Below are positions 27,406-36,400 of a stretch of 64,000 nt of DNA, piece after piece (the first letter of the stretch is position 1; every line of letters starts with the position of its first letter). The position numbers and the translations under genes are program-made. Origin of the DNA: a virus (lineage: Duplodnaviria; Caudoviricetes); the IMG/VR virus record IMGVR_UViG_3300037467_002055, positions 18,469 to 82,468 of that record; one strand, given 5' to 3'. Below the pieces are notes generated by a model that saw only the letters and a program-made list of their open reading frames with translations, ran no database searches and was not told the DNA's origin.

Positions 27406-28179
27406 GCTGTTGGCGAATTCGTAAGGATCTTTCGAATTCTTCTTCAGGTTACAGGGTCCGCATGCGATGACCAGGTTGGTGACCCTGTGCTTGCCGCCCT
27501 TGGCAAGCGGTACATAGTGGTCGATGTGGTAGTTGTCTGGGCAGGCGGTATCGCACCAGTGGCAGAATTTAGGGGCTGCCGCGGCCCAGGCAGCGACCAC
27601 GGCCGTGGTGTCGCCATCGGCCTCATGAGCACGTCGACGTGCCTTATAGTTGATCGAAATTATCCGGCGTCTCTCTGGGTTTGCAGCGGCCCATTTTCGC
27701 GCTTTGGCAGAGGCAGTCTCTGGATCATACCGAGCGGCACGCTGCGCGCGTATCCGGTCCTTATTCTTTCCAGCCCAGGCACGCTTGGATGCAACCACGA
27801 CAGGGTCGCGCTGCTTGTCGAGCGTGCATTGTACGCACTGCTTGTTGCTGGTGTATCTGACTGCACTCTGGCACACGTCGCAGGCTTTACCTGTAAATGT
27901 TATCTCACCGGAGGCTTTTGCCAGTTGGCGGGGAGTGAGCGGCTTGGCCGGTTTTGGCGGCAAAGCCGCTTTCTTCTCCGCGTAGCGCGTACGGGCCCGC
28001 TCCCGATCTGCCTGCGTAGGTTTGACATCCCGCAGGCACTGCACGCATTGGGATGTAGACGTATAGCGGAAGTCGATGTGCCCTTTAGGGCATGGATTTC
28101 CTGTGAAGTACCTACCCAGCCCCTGCGCTAGAGCTGCAGCGCGGGTAACAGTACCTCTACTTCCGTTCAGGATAGTCAT
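27388..28179 (-). CDS. HNH endonuclease
   Basis: YFTGNPCPKGH, CVQC (twice), CHWC...HIDHYVPLAKGGKH...NLVIACGPCN. Same architecture as 5689-6471. Confidence 0.9.
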   Translation of the reverse strand: MTILNGSRGTVTRAAALAQGLGRYFTGNPCPKGHIDFRYTSTSQCVQCLRDVKPTQADRERARTRYAEKKAALPPKPAKPLTPRQLAKASGEITFTGKACDVCQSAVRYTSNKQCVQCTLDKQRDPVVVASKRAWAGKNKDRIRAQRAARYDPETASAKARKWAAANPERRRIISINYKARRRAHEADGDTTAVVAAWAAAAPKFCHWCDTACPDNYHIDHYVPLAKGGKHRVTNLVIACGPCNLKKNSKDPYEFANSLGRLF

Positions 28180-28927
28180 CCATCACCTGTTTCAGAGGTA
28201 TGAACCGCTCATCAAACTCTCCGTCGTCCACGTTTTCCAGCATGAGCACTCCGTGCCAATGCTTGTTACCCTGCGGTCCCAGGTACTGCTCTGGATGAAG
28301 ATAGGCGCTCCCTGCGATGATGGCGGTAATCCGCTTCCCGTCGGCTCGATAAGCCTGCGCTATTTGCCGTCCTTGCTGATGGCCTGCAATGCAACTCTGG
28401 TGTTTCTTGTTGAGGATGGCCTGCGCCGTTGATGCTGGCCTTCCCATTCCGCCTGTAATGAAGTAGTGGCTGAAGCAAATCCCCTCGATTACCACCACTT
28501 CAAGGAACGGGTGAACGGTCCAACCATAGTCAGCATATCCGAGATCTTCAAGCCCTATTGTGCCTTCCAGCATCGGCTCATCGTTCACAGTACGTGTGAT
28601 ACGGTGCTCGTGGTTCCCGTACAGGATGTCCATCTTCGGCCGATACATCGCGTGCTTGCTGGCCAGCCTACGCAAATTGTACTCTCGCAGCGGCCCAAGC
28701 AGCAGCTGCATTCCTCGGTGCGCTGCCTCGATGTCTGCACGGTATCGACGCCCTTCGAATGCGCCCTTGCCCTTATCAAACGAGCTCAAGGATTCGAGGT
28801 CCGCAAAATCGCCGAGATGCACGATGCGGTCTGGCTTTTCGGCCACAATCATACGGCCTATGCAGGCCAGATACGAGAGGTCAACGTTTGGTTTGACCTG
28901 GGAATCAGGAATGACAAGGATGCGCAT
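28157..28927 (-). CDS. Calcineurin-like metallophosphoesterase
   Basis: IPDSQ, HLGDFAD, YGNHE, FSHY, AGHQQ. Lower GC. Confidence 0.85.
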   Translation of the reverse strand: MRILVIPDSQVKPNVDLSYLACIGRMIVAEKPDRIVHLGDFADLESLSSFDKGKGAFEGRRYRADIEAAHRGMQLLLGPLREYNLRRLASKHAMYRPKMDILYGNHEHRITRTVNDEPMLEGTIGLEDLGYADYGWTVHPFLEVVVIEGICFSHYFITGGMGRPASTAQAILNKKHQSCIAGHQQGRQIAQAYRADGKRITAIIAGSAYLHPEQYLGPQGNKHWHGVLMLENVDDGEFDERFIPLKQVMDDYPERK

Positions 28928-29067
28928 TACTCTTCGTCCGGAAAAGAGATGTGGCCGTCGAGCACGGTGCCGATCAGGATCGGCACCACCTCGATGGTGC
29001 CGTCTTCCTGGATCTGCGGCTCAAGGACGTACATCTCCAGCGCGATACCAGTTTCCTGGATGGCCAT
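28927..29067 (-). CDS. Small acidic hypothetical protein (46 aa)
   Basis: Below the ORF-track cutoff. AGGAG RBS, MAIQETGIALEMYVLEPQ...FPDEE, TAATG-coupled to the next gene. Confidence 0.6.
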   Translation of the reverse strand: MAIQETGIALEMYVLEPQIQEDGTIEVVPILIGTVLDGHISFPDEE

Positions 29068-29551
29068 TGAAGGTCTCCTGCTGGCGCGCGTAGAACTCGC
29101 GCCAGCCTAAAGCTTGTTCGCGCCAGGCTCGGCAGCTGGCGGCGTTGCTGATTTCGGCTTCGGCAAGTTCGGAAAACTGAACGCCGGAAGGTTCACGATC
29201 AGCAGAGGTGGCGGATCCAGCAGGATCCCCGGACCAGCCGGCGCCGGCGATGCGCACGAAGCCAACAGGAATAGCAAACTCAGCATCCACAGCAGGTGGA
29301 ATGAAACGCGGGATGTCAGCTTCAAGTTCTTTCTCCTGGACGTAAATTTTCTGGATGCGGTCCTTGTAGACGGTCTGGACCTGCGTCACGGTCTGCACCT
29401 CGCGCCTGACGACCGTGACGACCTTGGCCGCCTGCGCGGCGCTCTCGTGCCGCGCCTCGTGCAGGCTGCCGGCCGCGTAGCTGGCAGCTGCCAGCGCGGC
29501 GATCGCGCCCCAGCGCGCCCACCACGGCACGACCATGTTCAGCAGGCTCAC
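29021..29551 (-). CDS. Inner-membrane spanin (Rz-like)
   Basis: N-terminal TM segment, helical periplasmic region, downstream of the endolysin, contains a nested lipoprotein ORF. GTGA-coupled start. Confidence 0.8.
   Translation of the reverse strand: MSLLNMVVPWWARWGAIAALAAASYAAGSLHEARHESAAQAAKVVTVVRREVQTVTQVQTVYKDRIQKIYVQEKELEADIPRFIPPAVDAEFAIPVGFVRIAGAGWSGDPAGSATSADREPSGVQFSELAEAEISNAASCRAWREQALGWREFYARQQETFNGHPGNWYRAGDVRP
29107..29325 (-). CDS. Outer-membrane spanin lipoprotein (Rz1-like), fully embedded
   Basis: Signal peptide with lipobox LLASC and Pro-rich mature part, in a different frame inside the i-spanin. Confidence 0.8.
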   Translation of the reverse strand: MKLTSRVSFHLLWMLSLLFLLASCASPAPAGPGILLDPPPLLIVNLPAFSFPNLPKPKSATPPAAEPGANKL

Positions 29552-29640
29552 AGCACCCACCAAAAGACGACAGCGGCGATGGCGCCGGCAGCGGCGAGGC
29601 CCATGTGGGCACCAATCATGAAGCAGGCGAGGAGGCTCAT
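29548..29640 (-). CDS. 30-aa hydrophobic peptide
   Basis: MSLLACFMIGAHMGLAAAGAIAAVVFWWVL, coupled at both ends (ATGA, GTGA). Confidence 0.5.
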   Translation of the reverse strand: MSLLACFMIGAHMGLAAAGAIAAVVFWWVL

Positions 29641-30275
29641 ACGAGGGCTTTCAAAACGTTGACGGTCAGGTCGTACCGGGCCTGCAGGCCAAGGTCGCCC
29701 CCATTCACACGGCCGCTGATGCGGTTGATTTCGACGTTGTCGGCCAGTTCGTTCAGGCCGTGCGCGCGCCAGAACCAGGCAAAAGCGGCAAGGCCGGTTT
29801 CCAGCTGCGCCACCTGGTCGGGGTAGGTCACGAGGTCCAGCCCCAGCGCGCGCCCGCACACCGCGTAGTTGTCGCGCCCGGTCAGCTGGCCCGGGCCACG
29901 GCCGCGGTAGCGCCAGCCGTCGCCCGACTCGATCGAGCCATTGCCCATTCGGTTGGCATACGCCGTGTTGGCGATCATCTGCTGGTTGGCAGCCTTCAGC
30001 CCGTCGATGCGGCCGTACATGGCGGCCGTGGCCGGCGTGAAGCGGTTCGGCCAGATCTGGACCAGTGCCTGGGCCGTGTAGTTCAGGTTCTCGACCATCC
30101 GCGTGAAGCCCTGCGACTCGTGCAGCGCCTGAGCGATGAACGGGCCGGCGCGGTCGCGCGTGTTGATCTCGAACTTCGGCATGGTTTTGTTCAGCGCGGC
30201 GGCGACATCGATCGCCGTGGCCGGGCCCATGGTGCGCCAGACGCGCTGCAGCTGGTCAGGCGTTACCGGATTCAT
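29637..30275 (-). CDS. Endolysin, glycoside hydrolase family 19
   Basis: FIAQALHES, ENLNY, GDGWRYRGRG..QLTGRDNY, RVNGG. Confidence 0.93.
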   Translation of the reverse strand: MNPVTPDQLQRVWRTMGPATAIDVAAALNKTMPKFEINTRDRAGPFIAQALHESQGFTRMVENLNYTAQALVQIWPNRFTPATAAMYGRIDGLKAANQQMIANTAYANRMGNGSIESGDGWRYRGRGPGQLTGRDNYAVCGRALGLDLVTYPDQVAQLETGLAAFAWFWRAHGLNELADNVEINRISGRVNGGDLGLQARYDLTVNVLKALV

Positions 30276-30519
30276 TGGCGGCCTTCACGAGGCGGTAGGT
30301 GTTGATGATGCTCAACACCATGCCGGCGACAACCACCGCGCCGCCCATGAACTTGTAGATGTTCTCGGGCAGATACGGCTGCAGCGACGGCAGGTTGTCG
30401 GCGACAACCTTCTTGATTTCCGGGGCGTACGGCAGGGCCAGCAGCAGGGCCGCGCTGATCGATGTGCGCCACTTGCGCACTTCGACGATAGCGGCGGCTT
30501 TCAGATGTTGGAAATTCAT
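30256..30519 (-). CDS. Holin-like membrane protein
   Basis: 87 aa, two hydrophobic segments, directly upstream of the endolysin. Confidence 0.6.
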   Translation of the reverse strand: MNFQHLKAAAIVEVRKWRTSISAALLLALPYAPEIKKVVADNLPSLQPYLPENIYKFMGGAVVVAGMVLSIINTYRLVKAANESGNA

Positions 30520-30752
30520 TTGCTTGCTTCCTTTCTGGCGCGGCGGCGCGCCAACCAGTCCTGCACGGTTTTCGTTTCGTACAGCCGGATGCAGGTCCAG
30601 ATGAACGTCAACACGATGGTCATGTTCGGCAGCCACCCGAGCAGCGTGGCTGCAAGGACAAGCAGCGAAGTGTTGTCGAGGTCCTTCTTCAGGGAAGGTT
30701 CAATCGCGTGCCAGGCGCTGAGCCAGGAGTGCTTGAGTTCTACCAGGCTCAT
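30516..30752 (-). CDS. Holin- or antiholin-like membrane protein
   Basis: 78 aa, hydrophobic core, basic C-terminal tail (RRRARK). Confidence 0.6.
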   Translation of the reverse strand: MSLVELKHSWLSAWHAIEPSLKKDLDNTSLLVLAATLLGWLPNMTIVLTFIWTCIRLYETKTVQDWLARRRARKEASK

Positions 30753-30779
30753 GTATGCCTCGAAAAGTTGATTAAGGGA

Positions 30780-30808
30780 ATTTTATATATTGCCCGCAGG
30801 ATAGTCCA
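30780..30808 (-). promoter_or_regulatory. Putative lysis-cassette promoter
   Basis: TGGACT-N17-TAAAAT on the minus strand in an AT-rich gap. Confidence 0.5.
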
Positions 30809-30818
30809 GCGATTGTGA

Positions 30819-31352
30819 TCAATATCCCACAGGAAACTTAAATTGCAGCTCAGCGCATAAGTCGCCGGGCGACAGGGTGCGGTCATGCTCCAGCCACGCG
30901 TGCGGCGGCTCCCGGCCGTCCAGCAGCATGCGTGCCGCCGCCATCTCGTAGATCTCGATCGAGCCGCCGGAACACACGATCATGCAGCGCCAGTGCACGA
31001 ATCGGCGGATGCCGAGGGCATCCTTCAGGCCGATCAGCACGAAGGCGGCGTAGCCGTAGCTGATCGGCGTGGCCAGCCAGTCGAACACCGACTCCTCGAT
31101 GAGCGCGCGGTCAAGTCCCGCCGGCGGCGCGAACACGTCGAACTTGCTCAGGCAGGACACTGCAGTCAGATGGTTGCGCCCGCTGTTCAGGTCGGCCATG
31201 AACAGCCTCTGGCCGAGCCACACCGCTACGCCGGTGTGCGTGTAGGGCGAGCGGGTGAAGAAGGTCGTCGCCCGGCCCAGCAGGCCGTGCTGGTCACGCA
31301 CGCCAATCAGATCTCCGGTCTGCACCTTGCTGCGCACCGCGGCGTAATCCAT
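30819..31352 (-). CDS. Permuted papain-like (YiiX/NlpC-P60) hydrolase
   Basis: GDLI, SPYTHTGV, YGY and a C-terminal catalytic-type Cys (IVCS). Confidence 0.75.
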   Translation of the reverse strand: MDYAAVRSKVQTGDLIGVRDQHGLLGRATTFFTRSPYTHTGVAVWLGQRLFMADLNSGRNHLTAVSCLSKFDVFAPPAGLDRALIEESVFDWLATPISYGYAAFVLIGLKDALGIRRFVHWRCMIVCSGGSIEIYEMAAARMLLDGREPPHAWLEHDRTLSPGDLCAELQFKFPVGY

Positions 31353-31360
31353 GCTGCCTC

Positions 31361-32770
31361 CTAGATGGACTCGATCTCAAGCGTGGCCGCGCCGAGATTG
31401 AAATAGGGAAGTGACATTTCCGGCAGTTCCTGGAACAGGCCGTATGCCTGATGCCGCGCCTCCAGCGCAAGGTCGGAGCTGCCCGGGAACATGCTGGCGA
31501 AGACCGGGTAATGCGTGCCGCAGGCCAGCATGGCGTTCCACAGGGTGGTCTGGTCAGTCGGCCCGAGTTTGGACATCGGGATCTTCAGGCGCCGGCTGAC
31601 CGTGCCAAGGTCCGTGATCTGGTCGCCGGCGTCGTTGCGGGTGCTCTTGCTGGTGTCGGCCAGCTGCGCGCTGGCGCCATAGTCGAAGTTGGTCGAGGCC
31701 TCCCAATAGGCGCCCGCCACCAGCGCGGCGGCCTCGAGATATCCCTGCAGATTGTTCGTATCGACGATGTCGAGCCGCAGACCATAAGCCGGCACGGCAG
31801 CCGGGAGCCACGCGCGCGCGCACGCGCCGCCACCAAAAGCGTAGGCGCTGGCACCGGCCGCCGCGGTCCAGCGGCGCGGCGTCACGGTCGGCGCCGGGCA
31901 GGCCAGCACAGCGCCGCTGTCGTAGGCATAGGACTGCCAGGCGTCGATATAGCCGGTTGGCCGTGTCGCCGGGGCTGAGGTTGTGGGGTAGTAGGAAGTC
32001 GCGTACCCCTGCTCTACCTGGCAACCCCAGGCGTAGAGCCAGCTGTTGCCATCTCCAGTGTAGGTGCCGGCTGTCGCGGTCGCCTTCATGCCGAGGTAGC
32101 AGGTCGCCGAAGCTGTGGCGGTCGCCTGCGCTGTTACGGAACAGCGGTACCATCCGGGCATGCCGGGAACAGGCGTAATCCCGTAAGTAAAAGGTGCGCC
32201 GACTACGAGAGCAACCGACCCACTGGAGAGGTCGAAAATCGCGTACTGCGACGTGCCGAACGCGGCGGACGGGAGGCCGACATACCCGAATTGCCGGGTG
32301 CCAGCCTTCATGAACACGGAGATCGTGTAGTAGTTTCCGGTGGTGAATGAGACCTGGGACGACCTGATTTCATGCGCCGAGTTAGCTGTGGTGTCCTGAA
32401 GATAGACGGCGGAATTCGTACCGTCCGGCGCCGGGGTGCCGGATGTCACGGTAACGGCGGTCTGCGACCAGCCGCTCGTGTTCTCCATCTGCTGGGAGTA
32501 CGTTATCAGATTGGCATTTGCCGTCTCGCTGGATAGCCGCACGCGCATGGTTGCCGTTGGCGACCAGTTGCAGAAGGGGAGCACGACGGCCTGGATCGAC
32601 TCTGCCGCCGCCCACGCGGCCGAGACGGCTGCGCTCAGGCCGGTGGCGCGCCACGTGTCCGACTTGCGCACCGCCTGCAGATTGGTCACGCCAAAGTTGG
32701 CGGCCGTGTTTGTGGCCGACAGCGAGGCGCGATCGATGGCGTTGTCGGCGATGATTCGAAGATTGGGCAT
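31361..32770 (-). CDS. Tail structural protein (Dit-like) with an inserted carbohydrate-binding-like domain
   Basis: Insert NLITYSQ...APDGT...GWYRCS...YAWGCQVE.G.ATSYYPT between the N- and C-terminal halves. The Dit assignment is inferred. Confidence 0.55.
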   Translation of the reverse strand: MPNLRIIADNAIDRASLSATNTAANFGVTNLQAVRKSDTWRATGLSAAVSAAWAAAESIQAVVLPFCNWSPTATMRVRLSSETANANLITYSQQMENTSGWSQTAVTVTSGTPAPDGTNSAVYLQDTTANSAHEIRSSQVSFTTGNYYTISVFMKAGTRQFGYVGLPSAAFGTSQYAIFDLSSGSVALVVGAPFTYGITPVPGMPGWYRCSVTAQATATASATCYLGMKATATAGTYTGDGNSWLYAWGCQVEQGYATSYYPTTSAPATRPTGYIDAWQSYAYDSGAVLACPAPTVTPRRWTAAAGASAYAFGGGACARAWLPAAVPAYGLRLDIVDTNNLQGYLEAAALVAGAYWEASTNFDYGASAQLADTSKSTRNDAGDQITDLGTVSRRLKIPMSKLGPTDQTTLWNAMLACGTHYPVFASMFPGSSDLALEARHQAYGLFQELPEMSLPYFNLGAATLEIESI

Positions 32771-32853
32771 GGGAGTTCCGGCAGGAAATTTCCTCCAGAA
32801 AATACCACAATCTTCGCTATTTTCCTACGGGCTACATAGGCCATCCACCATGC

Positions 32854-33489
32854 TCACAGGCCCAGCTGGGAGCGTATCGACGCGATGAAGGCGGCCCAGG
32901 TGGCCACCGCCGCGTCCAGATCGGCGCCAGTAGCTGCGGCTCGCATATCGTACTGGCTGTCAAAGCGCTGATCCCGCATGCGTCTGCGGGCATCGGCCAG
33001 CGCCTCCGCACGGCCGATGACCTGCTGCGCGGCCCAGGCGTTTGTCTGGACCTGCATGGTCGGATTCTTCTGTGCGAACTTGACCACCGACTCGGGCGCC
33101 GGCTCCGCGTAGCCCGAGTCGGCGAAAGCCTGGGCCTCGGCAAGTGCGTCCTTGTACTCCTCGGCACGCTCGCCAACCGCGGCTTTCACGACAGCGTCAA
33201 TGTCGATATAACACTTGGCTAGGGCATCCACCCGCCGGCTTGCAAGTGGCTGGACGTACGTCCACCTTTTTGCAGTCTCGTCCCAGACATAATCAGCGGA
33301 CGGCTGTGGCGGCTGGTAATCCATCAATTGACCAGTCGACATATCGAGCTGCTGAGACATAGGGTCGACTGGCCCCATAATACATCCGCACCCGTCAGGT
33401 ATATTCTCGTTGAGGTGCTCAGCGGGGCAATCAATCGATACCCCGGTGAATAGGCCAGTCTCATTACTGTAAATCCAGTATTTGCTCAT
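32854..33489 (-). CDS. Tail-fibre assembly chaperone-like protein
   Basis: 211 aa directly downstream of the fibre, YQPPQPSADYVWD motif, helical C-terminus. Confidence 0.6.
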   Translation of the reverse strand: MSKYWIYSNETGLFTGVSIDCPAEHLNENIPDGCGCIMGPVDPMSQQLDMSTGQLMDYQPPQPSADYVWDETAKRWTYVQPLASRRVDALAKCYIDIDAVVKAAVGERAEEYKDALAEAQAFADSGYAEPAPESVVKFAQKNPTMQVQTNAWAAQQVIGRAEALADARRRMRDQRFDSQYDMRAAATGADLDAAVATWAAFIASIRSQLGL

Positions 33490-36400
33490 TTTTTAATTAT
33501 CTCAGCAATCATCTGCACGTCATTGGCTACGGAAGTCACAGCCCCGGAAGTGCCGACACTGCACCTAAAGTAAATAGTTGTAGCGACACCTGCTGTTACC
33601 GAAAGCCTTTTTGACCCGGTAAAGTTTGCGGTATTCCCAGTATTATCGTAGACCGCCTTGGTATTATCGGAAGAACTGAATCCGCCGGTATCTACTTTAA
33701 TATAGGCGACATCAAAAGCAAATGGGCCGCCACCGGAAGTCGTATATTTGACGAAACACGCGTAATGGACAGTAACAACTCCTGTCACCGCCGGAGTGAA
33801 TGAGTATGAGGCCAGTGTCGTATAATCAGAATTGGACGAAGGCGGCGACGAGAATGGGCTTCGAGTTGTCAATGAAACTGAAGTGGCCTGCACAAGTGCC
33901 GTATCGGTCGCGGCGTTATCAACAAGATTTCCGGTGGTGACAACCTGGCTTCCGGAGAGCGTGCCGGCGAATGTGCCTGAAGCTCCCGACAGCGTTCCGG
34001 TTATCGAACCCGAGAACGCCACGTTGGAGCTGGGCTGGTAAGGGTTTTCCGCTGCAAGCGTGGACTTCACGAGGGTGGACTTGATCACACCGCTCGCATT
34101 GATGTCCTTGTCGACCGCCCGGTATGCCTGGACACCGAATGTCGTGTAAAGGTTGGCCGCCGAGCCGAACAGGATGAACGCCCGTTTTGCTGCCGGCACG
34201 GTGAAAACCGTTTCCGCTGCAGGCGTCGTACCGAACGAATACGATGAGCTGCTGGACGATTGGTACACATAGACCAGAAACCCGTCGATGTCGCCCTCGT
34301 TGCCAGACCAGCCCCACTCAAACGAGATGTCAGCCGAGCCGTCGGTGCGGATCGTATGGTCGACCGCTGTGCCGTCGGAAAGGACTGTCGGCGCTGTCAC
34401 GGCCGTACCGTTACGATCGTTGGACGAATTGAAGTTGGTGGCTGCGGTGGCTACGGTGTCGGCCGACACGCCGGCAACCAGCGTGCCGGACGGGGCGCCC
34501 ACGGTGGCGCCCGGGGCATGTCGCCCGATCCACAGACCAGCCGCGCGCAGGTATTGGCCGCTAAAGCTGAACCCGTTCATTTGAATCCACGGCGTAGCGG
34601 TCGTGGAGTCGGCCGGCACCGTACAGCTACCTGTCACATACGTCCAGCCATTCCTCCCGTTCACCGCCGCCGCTGCATTCCAGCCGGTGATGGCACCACT
34701 CTTGCTGTTCGTCTTCACGCCCAGCGAGCAGGTGTAATCGGTGAGCGTGGTTTCCAACCACGCGCTGAAATACAGAGTCTCACCGGGAGTTACTGGAAAA
34801 TCATTGCCAGTCTCAAAAGAATCGCGCCGCGTGAACCAGATGTTCTTTTGGTACGGAAACACAGCGCCAGGACTGACGACATTCTCGATACCGTCCACAG
34901 TCCAGCCGGCGTACGTACCGTCGTCAAACATCCCCTTTTTAATGAGATTTGACGAATCGTAGAACCTGTTCGTAACGTTGCCATAATCTGCCATCGTCGC
35001 GGCTTTTGCCGCAATCGCATTAATCAGGGCCTGTTTGGCGGTATAGTAATTGGTGAAATTGGCTCGGAAAGTCGACCCGACAATCGCCGTATCTGTTGAG
35101 GTATCACTATATGACACTGAGCCCAGGTACGTACTCAAGGCGCTATACGCGCTGTCGTATGCAGTGCGGCTCACTCCCAACGAATCGGCCTGTGTGTCCA
35201 AACCCGACTTCTCGCCAGAGATCGCGTTCCACAGGCCGATCACCTGCGACTTCTCGCCCTTGGATAAAGTGTTATCGTCGGCAATCGCGTCGACGGCGGC
35301 TTTTGCTGCATTAGCATTCGCCTCAACCGTCTGCGCCAGCGTTCCGCCGACATATGTGCCTGGCGGCGCGCCCACGGTAGCGTTGTCGGCCGGTTTACCG
35401 GCGCCGGAGACGCCCGCCCAGCTCGCAAGGGTGGCTGCTTTTGCAGCCATGGCGTTCAGCAGCGCCTGCTTTGCCGTGTAGTAGTTGGTGAAGTTGGTCC
35501 GAAAATCTGACCCGACAATCGCAGTATCCGTCGTGGTGTCGTTGTATGCCACCGACCCGAGATACGTACTCAGCGTGCTGTATGCGCTGTCGTATGCAGT
35601 GCGGCTGACGCCAAGTGCGTCGGCCTGCGTGTCCAGGCCACCCTTCTCGCCCGAGATCGCGTTCCAGTCGGCGATCACCTGCGACTTCTCGCCCTTGGAC
35701 AGAACATTGTCGTCGGCGATGAGGCTGAGTGCCGCCATCGCCTCGTCCGAGCCGACACCGTAGCGGCCGATGGAAATCCAGTCGACCTCAAAAACGTCGG
35801 ACGACGTATTGCCAAGGTCGAGGCGCAGATGTGTCACGTTGCCTGACGTCCAGTCGGTAGGGCTGGACGACTTCGCCATGTCCCATTCAACGATGACCCA
35901 GTTTCCGCCGACGGTCGGGTCGGGCGACACGAGACCGAAATAGCTGCCGTTCTCTCCGTGGCTGGCGTTACCGTAGAACAGGAAGCCGTCCCAGCCACTG
36001 CCCCCGATACGGCGCACCCTCGCACGGACCTTGTCGTACTTGGCGCCAGAGAAAACAGGGTCTGCGGCCAGCATCGGATCGGCATTGGTGGCCGTCACGG
36101 TGATCGAATTCGCATTCGCCGTCAACGTGGTCGAGTTCTCACCGTACCAGCCCTGCACCGTACCGCTGAAGTCGTAAGTAACCAGCGGGGTGAACGAGCC
36201 CCTTGCGGCAGTATCGGCCCTATATTTGGCTTCGGCTGCGCTCGGGAACCATTCACTGTAGACGTCACCCTCTTGCACAATCAGATCGTCGACGTGGAAT
36301 TCGTCGTTCGCAACAACAGTGCCCCCAGTACCGTCAATGAAAATACCGTTCGCCTCAGCGGACGAACCCCACGTAATGCGTGCAGTGTATGTCTGCCAGC

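Noticed and set aside
34995-35720. Tail-fibre repeats as a DGR template/variable pair
   Set aside because: Differences are mainly synonymous and not adenine-specific, both copies are in-frame coding, and no reverse transcriptase is present.
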